From contig JBEGSW010000045.1 of NCBI GenBank assembly GCA_041179705.1, forward strand, positions 1 through 56,531: a DNA stretch of 56,531 nucleotides, read 5' to 3'. The position numbers were made by a program, and so were the translations under genes. Under the pieces are notes generated by a model. The model did no database searches and was not told where the DNA came from. It worked only from the letters and a program-made list of their open reading frames with translations. Positions 23,708-32,586 of the stretch are shown piece after piece. Position 1 is the first letter of the stretch, and each line of letters opens with the position of its first letter. Source of the stretch: Bacillota bacterium (lineage in GTDB: Bacteria; Bacillota; Bacilli; Paenibacillales; JBEGSW01).

Positions 23708-24898
23708 ATGGCAAAAGCTAAATTCGAACGTAACAAACCACACGTAAACATCGGTACTATCGGTCACGTTGACCATGGTAAAACTACTTTAACAGCGGCA
23801 ATCACAACTGTATTGTCCAAGCGTTATGGCGGTGCTGCAGTAGCATTCGACCAAATCGACAAAGCTCCAGAAGAGCGCGAACGCGGTATCACAATCTCCA
23901 CAGCACACGTTGAGTACGAGACTCCTAACCGTCACTATGCTCACGTTGACTGCCCAGGCCATGCTGACTATGTAAAGAACATGATCACTGGTGCTGCTCA
24001 AATGGACGGCGCGATCTTAGTAGTATCTGCTACTGACGGTCCTATGCCACAAACTCGCGAGCACATCCTTTTGTCCCGCCAAGTAGGTGTACCTTACATC
24101 GTTGTATTCATGAACAAATGCGACATGGTTGAAGACGAAGAGTTGCTTGAATTAGTAGAAATGGAAATCCGTGAACTTCTTTCCGAGTACGAATTCCCAG
24201 GCGATGACACTCCAGTTATCCGTGGTTCCGCTCGTGAAGCATTACAAAACCCAGATGGCGCTTGGGCTGACAAGATCGTTGAATTGTTCGAACAAATCGA
24301 CACTTATATCCCATTGCCAGAGCGTGCAACTGACAAGCCTTTCCTTATGCCTGTCGAGGATGTATTCTCCATCACTGGTCGTGGTACAGTTGCAACTGGC
24401 CGCGTAGAGCGTGGTATTGTTAAAGTTGGTGACGAAATCGAAATCATCGGTTTAGTGGAAGAGCCTACTAAGTCTGTCGTAACAGGCGTAGAGATGTTCC
24501 GCAAATTGTTGGATTCCGCACAAGCTGGTGACAACATCGGTGCATTGCTTCGTGGTGTTCAACGTACAGATATCGAGCGTGGTCAAGTTTTGGCGAAACC
24601 AGGTTCTGTTAAGCCTCACACGAACTTCACAGCTCAAATCTACGTATTGACTAAAGAAGAGGGTGGCCGTCATAAGCCATTCTTCACTGGTTACCGTCCA
24701 CAGTTCTACTTCCGTACAACTGACGTAACTGGTATCATTTCTTTACCAGAAGGTACTGAAATGGTTATGCCTGGCGATAACATCACTGTTACGGTTGAAT
24801 TGATCAACCCAATCGCTATGGAAGAAGGAACTCGTTTCGCTATTCGTGAAGGCGGCCGTACAGTAGGCGCTGGTGCAGTAGCAACAATCCAAAAATAA
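23708..24898 (+). CDS. tuf: elongation factor Tu
   Basis: [28 protein letters not shown]. Confidence 0.99.
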   Translation: MAKAKFERNKPHVNIGTIGHVDHGKTTLTAAITTVLSKRYGGAAVAFDQIDKAPEERERGITISTAHVEYETPNRHYAHVDCPGHADYVKNMITGAAQMDGAILVVSATDGPMPQTREHILLSRQVGVPYIVVFMNKCDMVEDEELLELVEMEIRELLSEYEFPGDDTPVIRGSAREALQNPDGAWADKIVELFEQIDTYIPLPERATDKPFLMPVEDVFSITGRGTVATGRVERGIVKVGDEIEIIGLVEEPTKSVVTGVEMFRKLLDSAQAGDNIGALLRGVQRTDIERGQVLAKPGSVKPHTNFTAQIYVLTKEEGGRHKPFFTGYRPQFYFRTTDVTGIISLPEGTEMVMPGDNITVTVELINPIAMEEGTRFAIREGGRTVGAGAVATIQK

Positions 24899-24925
24899 TT
24901 TTCTTTCTAACGAGAGAAGATAAAT

Positions 24926-24969
24926 AAAAATCCGTTGTTTCAGCTTCCGAGCTGAGACAACGGATTTTT
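24926..24969. terminator. bidirectional intrinsic terminator between tuf and convergent LacI gene
   Basis: aaaaatccgttgtttcagct-tccg-agctgagacaacggattttt, A run 5' and T run 3'. Confidence 0.88.
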
Positions 24970-25982
24970 TATTTTGAAATTGACGATTCTCGAACCATTA
25001 AACGATGAGGGATGATGATCCGACGATCACTTGGCTCCTCACCACGTAATATTCTTAATAAGGTAAATATAGAAGCATAGCCTAATTGATAAATGCCGAT
25101 TTCCATACTTGTAATTTGTGGAGATGAAATCTGTGAAATAATCGTATTGTTAAAACTGACAACAGCGATATCTTCAGGTACTTTTTTACCTAATTCTTTA
25201 AGTTTTTGAATGATACCAAAAGCAATATCATCACTAATGGTTACAAATGCAGTGGGATGATTGGATAAACTCATAACTAAGGGGATTTCATGATAATTTG
25301 TATCAGAATACATACTATACTCAAAAAGTAGTTCTGGTCGAATCGCAATACCTGACTCTTCGAGCGCCTTTGAGTATCCAAGAAATCGATCAGTTGACAT
25401 CACGATACTCCGTGGGCCGCCAATAAATCCGATCGAAGTATGCCCTTGATTGATGAGGTGCATTGTTACATCGTACGAAGCAGTAACGTTATCGTTATCA
25501 ATTGTGAAATGTGAAGACTCATCCGAGTTTCCAATGATGACAAACGGAAAATTTTGATCGGTTAAAAATTGAACAATTGAATCGAAAAAGCGATTACTCA
25601 ACACAACTAATCCATCGACTTTACCACCACGAACTAAATTGACCACTTGTTTCTGTAATTCCACTAGTGTATTTGCTGAAGTCACAATCACATCATAGTT
25701 ATGTTTAGAAGTATAATCTACGATTCCTCGAATGACTTCGTTAAAAAACACGTTACTAAAAGCTTGCTCAGTAGGACCGGGTATAATGATTCCAACGGTT
25801 GAAGTTGATTGTGAAACTAGACTTTTGGCCATTAGATTCGGATGATAATTCAGTTGCTCGATGGCTTTTTTTACTCTATCGACTGTTTCTTGGCTGATTT
25901 TTGGATTTTCTAAAATAACGCGTGATACAGTTGATGGCGAAACACCAGCAAGAGCGGCAACATCTTTAATTGTAACTTTCAT
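24969..25982 (-). CDS. LacI-family transcriptional regulator (MalR/MdxR-like)
   Basis: MKVTIKDVAALAGVSPSTVSRV HTH, LNYHPN hinge, periplasmic-binding-fold core, VPEDIAVVSFNN, RES C-terminus; divergent from the maltodextrin operon. Confidence 0.92.
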   Translation of the reverse strand: MKVTIKDVAALAGVSPSTVSRVILENPKISQETVDRVKKAIEQLNYHPNLMAKSLVSQSTSTVGIIIPGPTEQAFSNVFFNEVIRGIVDYTSKHNYDVIVTSANTLVELQKQVVNLVRGGKVDGLVVLSNRFFDSIVQFLTDQNFPFVIIGNSDESSHFTIDNDNVTASYDVTMHLINQGHTSIGFIGGPRSIVMSTDRFLGYSKALEESGIAIRPELLFEYSMYSDTNYHEIPLVMSLSNHPTAFVTISDDIAFGIIQKLKELGKKVPEDIAVVSFNNTIISQISSPQITSMEIGIYQLGYASIFTLLRILRGEEPSDRRIIIPHRLMVRESSISK

Positions 25983-25998
25983 TTTAAGCCTCACTTTC

Positions 25999-26012
25999 TG
26001 CAAACGTTTGCA
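25999..26012. promoter_or_regulatory. LacI-type operator O1 (TGCAAACGTTTGCA)
   Basis: Perfect 14-bp palindrome with central CG just upstream of the regulator start; identical copy at 26192. Confidence 0.85.
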
Positions 26013-26144
26013 CTACAGAAATTATATAAAAATTGAATATAGAAGTAAATAGAAAGATGAAATCGAAACGGTTCCACTCAAAAAAGTTAAATGTAAGCAA
26101 TAAATATGTTGAATTTAAAGATCCACATGTGCAATAATCAACAA

Positions 26145-26158
26145 TGTAAGCGTAAACA
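26145..26158. promoter_or_regulatory. cre site (CcpA catabolite-responsive element)
   Basis: TGTAAGCGTAAACA, one mismatch from the B. subtilis amyE cre TGTAAGCGTTAACA. Confidence 0.75.
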
Positions 26159-26191
26159 TTATTATTTTTTGTTATTTTAAACAAGATTTAA

Positions 26192-26205
26192 TGCAAACGT
26201 TTGCA
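26192..26205. promoter_or_regulatory. LacI-type operator O2 (TGCAAACGTTTGCA)
   Basis: Perfect palindrome ~30 bp upstream of the first operon gene. Confidence 0.85.
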
Positions 26206-26234
26206 GAAAAATAAATAAATGGGGGTAATATGCA

Positions 26235-27458
26235 ATGAAAAAGGTTTTATCCGTATTAGTAGCACTTTCGTTGGTTGTAGGCTTGTTTGCTGCAATCGGC
26301 TCAACTGCATCAGCGGCTGAGAAGAAAATTGTTGTACTTGTAGGTAATTTGCAAAAAGCTTTGGGTGCAGCTGGAGATTGGGATCCAACTGACACAAAGA
26401 CGGCGATGTATACGGCTGATGGTAAAAATTATTGGTTCACTGGCAAATTGCCAGCCGGCGATTATGAGTACAAAGTAGCTCTAGGTGGCAAAGGCTGGAG
26501 CGAAAACTATGGCGCAGATGGTAAGAAGGATGGCGACAATATTAAGATTAGTACAGGTCTTGCTCGCACAATTACATTCTTCTATAACGATGATACGCAC
26601 AAAATCACAACAAGCCGCCATGTAACATTAGTTGGTAGCTTGCAAGATAAGTTGGGTGCAGAAAAGGCATGGGATCCTACTGCAGCTGAAACACAAATGC
26701 GAACAGTTGATGGTGAGAATTACTTCTTCACAGGTAAACTACCTGCTGGCGAATATGAATATAAGGTAGCAATTGCTGGAAGCTGGACAGAGAACTACGG
26801 TGCTGCTGGTAAAGCGGGTGGCGATAATATTAAGATTTCTCAAGCAGAAGATGGAAATGTTACTTTCGTATATAACGACACAACGCATGAAATTTATGCA
26901 GGTAAACATGTTGCGTTAGTTGGAAATATTCAAAGTGCGATTGGTGCTGCGGGGGACTGGGATCCTGCAACATCAACAACTGTTATGTTACCTCAAAAAG
27001 ACGGTACTTATGTTTACACAACTACAGTCGGTAAAGGGAACTATGAGTACAAGGTAGCTTTGAACGGTAACTGGGATGTGAACTATGGACAAGATGGCAA
27101 GTCAGGTGGAGATAACCTTAAACTTGCTGTTGATAAAGATGCGAAATACAAGTTCACATATGATGACAAATCACATGTAATTAAAGCGGAGATTGTCTTA
27201 ACAAAGAAAATCTTCCCTAAATCCATTAAATTCGAATACCCGAATATCATGCTTAACAAAGGCTTCTCTTATAAGACAACCCTAATTACAAATCCTGGTT
27301 TAATCACGGAGAAACAAGTTAGCTATCGTTCTTCTAACCGAAATGTAGCTACAGTAGATGCTACTGGTAAGATCACAGCAGTTTCCAAAGGTACAGCTAC
27401 AATAACAGCTAGAACACCTTACAACAAGACAGCAACAATGACGATTACAGTTCGTTAA
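26235..27458 (+). CDS. secreted non-catalytic protein: 3x pullulanase X25-like (starch-binding) domains + C-terminal Big_2 Ig-like domain
   Basis: Signal peptide ending ASA-A; three ~96-aa repeats VxLVGxxQ..G..WDP...Y..T..LPAG.YEYKVA..G.W.ENYG..G..GDN; C-terminal YRSSNRNVATVDATGKITAVSKGTATITA typical of Big_2; no GH13 catalytic motifs. Confidence 0.8.
   Translation: MKKVLSVLVALSLVVGLFAAIGSTASAAEKKIVVLVGNLQKALGAAGDWDPTDTKTAMYTADGKNYWFTGKLPAGDYEYKVALGGKGWSENYGADGKKDGDNIKISTGLARTITFFYNDDTHKITTSRHVTLVGSLQDKLGAEKAWDPTAAETQMRTVDGENYFFTGKLPAGEYEYKVAIAGSWTENYGAAGKAGGDNIKISQAEDGNVTFVYNDTTHEIYAGKHVALVGNIQSAIGAAGDWDPATSTTVMLPQKDGTYVYTTTVGKGNYEYKVALNGNWDVNYGQDGKSGGDNLKLAVDKDAKYKFTYDDKSHVIKAEIVLTKKIFPKSIKFEYPNIMLNKGFSYKTTLITNPGLITEKQVSYRSSNRNVATVDATGKITAVSKGTATITARTPYNKTATMTITVR
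26331..27182 (+). repeat. three tandem intragenic domain repeats (~290 bp period): ~26331-26606, ~26622-26894, ~26910-27182
   Basis: Recurring tgggatcc (WDP), tatgagtacaa/tatgaatataa (YEYK), aactatgg/aactacgg (NYG) at a ~96-97 codon interval. Confidence 0.85.
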
Positions 27459-27488
27459 TCCAAAATTCAAAAAAAGGGGAATGTACAA

Positions 27489-28724
27489 ATGAAATTCAAA
27501 AAAGTCGTTTCATTAACAGTAGCAACAGCATTAGTTGCGTCTCTAGCAGTAACAGCGGGCAGCGCATCTGCAGCAACAAAAATCACACCAGAAAAAGGAG
27601 CTAAATTGCTTCTATGGGATGATAAAGATTCCAAGCCATTCTGGGATAAATTGATTCCTCAGTTCCAGAAAAAATATGGCGTAACTGTTAAGTATCAAAT
27701 CGTTGGCGGTCCTGACCAAGATGAGAAATTTGCGAAAGACGGTCCTGCAGGGATTGCAGCTGACGTTGGTGTAATTCCTCATGACAACTTGGCGAAACTA
27801 GTGGATGCTGGTTTATGGTTGCCTAACGATGTGTTTGCAGCGGAAACAAAAGCAAACAACATTAAAGCAGGTGTTACTGCTGGAACATACAAAGGTGTAT
27901 TGTATGGCTACCCAAAAGCGATTGAAACATACGCTTTGTTCTACAACAAAAAATTAGTAAAGACAGCTCCAAAAACTTGGAATGATATTATTGCGCTTTC
28001 CAAAAACAAAGCTATTCAAGATCCAGCTAAAAAGAAATTCACATTCATGGCTGAAGTGAACAACTTCTACTTTGACTATGCATTTATGACTGCTGGTGGT
28101 GGCTATGTATTCGGTAAAGATGGTACAGATCCATCTGACATTGGCTTGAACAATGCAGGTGCTGTTGCTGGTGCTAAGCAATTGAAAGCATTGAAAGCAA
28201 TTTTGCCTTTAAAAGTTGGCGATATTACTTATGATGTAAAAGAATCCTTGTTCCAAAAAGGTCAACTTGCGACTAACATCAACGGTTCTTGGGCAATTTC
28301 TGGTTACCGTAAAGCTGGCTTAGACTTTGGTGTAACTGCTATTCCTGCGGTTAACGGCAAGCCTACAGAATCTTTCTCTGGTGTTAAAATCGTTGGTGTT
28401 AACTCCTACTCCAAATATCCTAAAGCTGCTCGCTTGTTAGCACAATTTGCTACTTCGGCAGATGCACAGTTGTTGAACTACCAAACAACTGGTCAATTAC
28501 CAACAAACTCTAAGGTTTCTGCAAATCCAGCAATCAAGAATGATGTTATCGTACAAGGTTTCTTGCAGCAATTGAAGACTGCACAACCGATGCCAAGTAT
28601 TGCTGAGATGGGTTCCGTATGGGGGCCAATGGGCGCTGCTTTAGCTGATATCTGGGATAAAGATGCAGATCCAAAAACAGCTTTAGATGCTGCTGTAAAG
28701 AAAATTAAGAACGCGATTAAGTAA
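27489..28724 (+). CDS. maltose/maltodextrin ABC transporter substrate-binding protein (no lipobox)
   Basis: DGPAGIAADV, PHDNL, LYGYPKAIETYALFYNKKL, INGSW, PMPSIAEMGSVW: MalE/MdxE/CycB-like motifs; SPase I-type leader; no cysteine anywhere. Confidence 0.88.
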   Translation: MKFKKVVSLTVATALVASLAVTAGSASAATKITPEKGAKLLLWDDKDSKPFWDKLIPQFQKKYGVTVKYQIVGGPDQDEKFAKDGPAGIAADVGVIPHDNLAKLVDAGLWLPNDVFAAETKANNIKAGVTAGTYKGVLYGYPKAIETYALFYNKKLVKTAPKTWNDIIALSKNKAIQDPAKKKFTFMAEVNNFYFDYAFMTAGGGYVFGKDGTDPSDIGLNNAGAVAGAKQLKALKAILPLKVGDITYDVKESLFQKGQLATNINGSWAISGYRKAGLDFGVTAIPAVNGKPTESFSGVKIVGVNSYSKYPKAARLLAQFATSADAQLLNYQTTGQLPTNSKVSANPAIKNDVIVQGFLQQLKTAQPMPSIAEMGSVWGPMGAALADIWDKDADPKTALDAAVKKIKNAIK

Positions 28725-28755
28725 TTAACATGATGTAAGTATGAAAAAACAGAAA

Positions 28756-28789
28756 AGGGCTATCCAGACCGAAATTCCTGGATAGCCCT
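28756..28789 (+). other. intercistronic stem-loop after the SBP gene (mRNA stabiliser / partial terminator)
   Basis: agggctatccag...ctggatagccct 12-bp perfect stem without a strong + strand U tract. Confidence 0.65.
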
Positions 28790-28827
28790 ATCTGTTTCAA
28801 TTCAAGATAGAAAAGAGTGAGAGGCGA

Positions 28828-30144
28828 ATGAATACATACCGTATCGTACCTGCGATTCTATCCCTATTACTGCCAGGTCTTGGTCAATTGTTCAATAAAC
28901 AATGGATCAAGGGCCTGATTTTTGCTGTAATTGGGACGTTTTCGAGTTTATACTTTATAAAAAGTCTTCCGCATGCAGTATGGGGCATTGTTACGCTTGG
29001 AGAGAAGACGCAACGTTTGGTTATCGGAAAAGATGGTATTTCAGAGATGGTTCAAGGTGACCATTCTATCTTATTAATGTTAAACGGTGTTTTTGTTGTT
29101 ACTTTTTTTGCACTTTATGTACTGTTCTGGTTCTTTAATATCAAGGATGCATTTATTGTTGGTGGATTGAAAGAACAAAATTTAAAGTCCCCGACATTTA
29201 AACAAACGCTATATTTTTTATCGGAGACGAAATTCCCAGAATTAATGCTAATTGTTCCGATTATTGGAGTAGTGTTTGTTACAATCGTACCAATCGTATT
29301 CACCGTATTTATTGCGTTTACAAACTATTCTGCACCGAACTATTTACCACCAGCTAAATTATTAGATTGGGTTGGGTTTGAAAATTTCCGAAGACTTGTT
29401 GATTTCGGTGAATATAAAGCAACATTCTTTGGTGTTGCACGTTGGACGTTCATTTGGGCTGTTCTAGCTACTGTTACGACGTTCTTTGGTGGTTTCTTAG
29501 TAGCATTACTTGTAAATCAAAAAGACGTTAAATTTAAATACTTCTGGCGAACGATGCTAATCTTACCATTCGCAGTACCTCAACTAGTATCGTTGTTGGT
29601 TATGCGCAATTTGTTCAATGGTGAGTTTGGGCCGATTAACCAATATTTAAGAAGTTTTGGAATGGAGAACATCCCTTGGTTGACAGATCCATTATGGGCA
29701 AAGGCGACAGTTGTCATCGTTAATATGTGGTTAGGTATTCCGGTTTCTATGATTTTCATTATGGGTATTTTGACAATGATTCCTAAGGATTTATATGAAG
29801 CTGCAGAGATTGACGGTGCTTCTAAAATCAAACAATTTTCAAAAATTACGCTCCCATATGTATTGTTTGCAACGGCTCCGATTATTATCATGCAATTTGC
29901 GGGTAACATTAATAACTTTAACGTTATCTTCTTATTAACGAATGGTAATCCGGTGAATGGTGACTACATGTATGCGGGAGACACTGATTTATTAGTGACG
30001 TGGCTCTATAAATTGACGTTAGACAGTCAGAAATATGATGTTGCTGGTGCAGTAGGTATTGTTATCTTTATCATTATTGCAACATTGTCACTCATTAGTT
30101 ATAGAAATACTTCATCCTTCAAAGAGGAGGATCAAATCCAATGA
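28828..30144 (+). CDS. maltodextrin ABC transporter permease (MalF/MdxF-like)
   Basis: Multiple TM helices, EAA loop LYEAAEIDGASKIKQFSKITLP, FNNFNVIFLL-like and AGDTDLLVTWLYKLT motifs. Confidence 0.9.
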   Translation: MNTYRIVPAILSLLLPGLGQLFNKQWIKGLIFAVIGTFSSLYFIKSLPHAVWGIVTLGEKTQRLVIGKDGISEMVQGDHSILLMLNGVFVVTFFALYVLFWFFNIKDAFIVGGLKEQNLKSPTFKQTLYFLSETKFPELMLIVPIIGVVFVTIVPIVFTVFIAFTNYSAPNYLPPAKLLDWVGFENFRRLVDFGEYKATFFGVARWTFIWAVLATVTTFFGGFLVALLVNQKDVKFKYFWRTMLILPFAVPQLVSLLVMRNLFNGEFGPINQYLRSFGMENIPWLTDPLWAKATVVIVNMWLGIPVSMIFIMGILTMIPKDLYEAAEIDGASKIKQFSKITLPYVLFATAPIIIMQFAGNINNFNVIFLLTNGNPVNGDYMYAGDTDLLVTWLYKLTLDSQKYDVAGAVGIVIFIIIATLSLISYRNTSSFKEEDQIQ

Positions 30145-30989
30145 GCAGAAGAAACAAAAAACCTAAAGTTCGTATTGGTCTAATCCTAAGTTATGCGGCT
30201 CTCATTGCACTAGTGATTATCGCGCTTTATCCAATTGTTTGGATTGTCGCAGCTTCCTTCAGAGAAGGGACATCGTTATATAGTACCGAGTTGTTCCCTA
30301 GAAAGATAACACTAGACCATTATTATGAGTTGTTTACATCGAAAGAATACATGTATACCAGATGGTATACGAATACGCTTCAAGTAGCTTTCCTGACAAT
30401 GATTTTTACAACAACGATTGTCACGATTTCTGGTTATGTGCTCTCGCGATTCCGATTTGGCATGCGGAAGACGTTGTTGAGTTCCATTCTTATTTTGGGG
30501 ATGTTCCCAAGTTTCATGAGTTTAACTGCAATTTACGTTATGCTTGTACAGTTGAAGTTATATGATAATTTGTATGCGCTTGTTGGTATCTATTCTGCCG
30601 GCGCACTGATGGGCTCGTTCCAGGTTAAAGGATTCTTCGATACAATCCCTAAAAGCCTTGAAGAATCAGCCAAGTTAGATGGTGCAAGCAACTTCCAAGT
30701 GATGCGTTTAATCATGCTACCACTTTCGAAGCCGTTGCTCGTATTCATTGCACTTACTTCTTTCACGGGTGCTTGGACAGACTTTATCTTAGCAAGACTG
30801 TTGATTCAAACTCCTGAGAAACAAACGCTCGCCGTGGGATTATATGATCTTGTATCTACGGTACAAACTTCGAATGCTACACTGTTCGCAACAGGCGCAG
30901 TATTAATTGCAGTACCAATTACCGTTCTCTTCATCGTCCTTCAAAAGTATTTAGTCAGTGGGATGATGGCGGGAGCAGAAAAAGGATGA
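30141..30989 (+). CDS. maltodextrin ABC transporter permease (MalG/MdxG-like)
   Basis: EAA loop KGFFDTIPKSLEESAKLDGAS, TLAVGL, QKYLVSGMMAGAEKG C-terminus; ATGA overlap. Confidence 0.9.
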   Translation: MSRRNKKPKVRIGLILSYAALIALVIIALYPIVWIVAASFREGTSLYSTELFPRKITLDHYYELFTSKEYMYTRWYTNTLQVAFLTMIFTTTIVTISGYVLSRFRFGMRKTLLSSILILGMFPSFMSLTAIYVMLVQLKLYDNLYALVGIYSAGALMGSFQVKGFFDTIPKSLEESAKLDGASNFQVMRLIMLPLSKPLLVFIALTSFTGAWTDFILARLLIQTPEKQTLAVGLYDLVSTVQTSNATLFATGAVLIAVPITVLFIVLQKYLVSGMMAGAEKG

Positions 30990-32560
30990 TTAGAATGAGA
31001 AAAGCGATAATTACTTTAATGCTCCTTTCGTTGGTTGTCTCTTTAAGTGGCGTTTCAACAGCAGCATCTACACCAAAAAGCAAAACGGGTGTATATTATG
31101 AAATTTTCGTACGTTCTTTCAATGATTCGAATGGTGACGGGATTGGCGATCTAAAAGGCGTCACGGCTAAACTCGATTACCTAAAAAGTTTAGGTGTAAA
31201 AGGGATTTGGTTGATGCCAATTACAGCAAGTCCGAGTTATCACGGCTATGATACAACGGATTATTACAAGATAAATCCAGACTACGGAACAACAGCTGAC
31301 TTGAAAGCGTTAGTAACAGCTGCACATAAAAAAGATATAAAAATCATTATGGATTTGGTTGTTAACCACACGAGCAGTCAACACCCGTGGTTCGTGGATG
31401 CATCAACGAATCCTGCGAGTAAGTATCGCGACTACTTTGTCTTTGCAACAGAAGATGACGATATCGATGCTCAAAGTGCGACGGGAGCAGGAAATGCATG
31501 GCATAGTGCAGCAACAGGAAAGTATTTAGGTATTTTCTGGAGCGGAATGCCAGACTGGAATTTCAACAATAAAGCAGTTCGTGCTGAGATGGTGAAAATC
31601 GGCCAATATTGGTTAGATCCTAAAATAGCTGGCGTAGATGGCTATCGGCTCGATGCAGCCAAACACATTTACGAAGACTTTGCGGAGCAAAATAAAACCA
31701 AAGCAAATGAGCGTGGCGTTGCATGGTGGCAGGAATTCCGAACAGGTTTGAATAAGGTGAACAAGAATGCATATCTAGTAGGTGAGATTTGGGATGGCCC
31801 GTCTGTTGTTGCACCATACTTGAATAAAGCATTAAACTCCGGTTTCAACTTCGAGATTGGCAAAAGTATCGTTGAGAACGCAAAGAGTGGTTCCGATGGT
31901 GGAGTCGGTTTTATCTTAAACCGCGTTCACGAATACTTTAAAAAACAATCAGGCGGTACATTTGTAGATGCACCATTCTTAACAAATCATGATCAGACGC
32001 GAGTGATGTCTGAATTAGAAGGCAATGTGAATAAAGCCAAAGTAGCGGCAAGTATGTTGTTGACTTTACCTGGTAATCCATTTGTCTACTACGGCGAAGA
32101 AATTGGGATGCAAGGATTGAAGTCTGACGGAGATGAAGCACTTCGCACGCCTTTCCTTTGGACCGCTAAAAAATCAAAAGGCCAAACGACAGTCATGGAA
32201 GGCTATGGCGATCAAGCAACAGGTATTAATGTAGAAACACAACTCAAAAGCTCTTCCTCATTGTTGAATCATTACAAAAAAATGATCGGTTGGAGAAACG
32301 CGGATTATACATTAAGTGATGGAACAATCGGTGAATACACAATTAGTGATACAACAGTAGCAGCTTGGACGCGTTCGGCAAATAAGAAGAACACATTAGT
32401 ACTTCATAACTTAACTTCCAAAACCAAGACGATAACAATCAATGGTTCTGACAATACAATGAAGTTTAAAAAGGTTTCGAAGCAAACGGGTACTGGTGCA
32501 AAAGTGAGCGGAAATAAAGTTACAATCCCTGCATACAGCACAGTACTGATGAGTCAATAA
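30986..32560 (+). CDS. secreted GH13 alpha-amylase (GH13_36-like, AmyA type)
   Basis: YYEIFVRSF, DGIGDLKG, SYHGYD, DLVVNH, GYRLDAAKH (nucleophile), VGEIW (acid/base), FLTNHD, YYGEEIG; CSR-V MPDWN; signal peptide without Cys; start 30986 or 30995. Confidence 0.9.
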   Translation: MIRMRKAIITLMLLSLVVSLSGVSTAASTPKSKTGVYYEIFVRSFNDSNGDGIGDLKGVTAKLDYLKSLGVKGIWLMPITASPSYHGYDTTDYYKINPDYGTTADLKALVTAAHKKDIKIIMDLVVNHTSSQHPWFVDASTNPASKYRDYFVFATEDDDIDAQSATGAGNAWHSAATGKYLGIFWSGMPDWNFNNKAVRAEMVKIGQYWLDPKIAGVDGYRLDAAKHIYEDFAEQNKTKANERGVAWWQEFRTGLNKVNKNAYLVGEIWDGPSVVAPYLNKALNSGFNFEIGKSIVENAKSGSDGGVGFILNRVHEYFKKQSGGTFVDAPFLTNHDQTRVMSELEGNVNKAKVAASMLLTLPGNPFVYYGEEIGMQGLKSDGDEALRTPFLWTAKKSKGQTTVMEGYGDQATGINVETQLKSSSSLLNHYKKMIGWRNADYTLSDGTIGEYTISDTTVAAWTRSANKKNTLVLHNLTSKTKTITINGSDNTMKFKKVSKQTGTGAKVSGNKVTIPAYSTVLMSQ

Positions 32561-32586
32561 ATATAATAGAAGAAACATGTATTTTC

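Noticed and set aside
24899-24968. att site or target-site duplication at the edges of the starch locus
   Set aside because: No direct repeat shared with 32560-32650 was found by eye, and no recombinase is encoded
26331-27182. Periodic repeats considered as CRISPR or mobile-element repeats
   Set aside because: They are degenerate in-frame protein domain repeats, not identical short repeats with spacers; no cas or transposase genes in the window
27489-30989. ABC transporter lacks an ATPase gene
   Set aside because: Firmicutes carbohydrate ABC importers commonly share a distally encoded MsmX/MsmK ATPase
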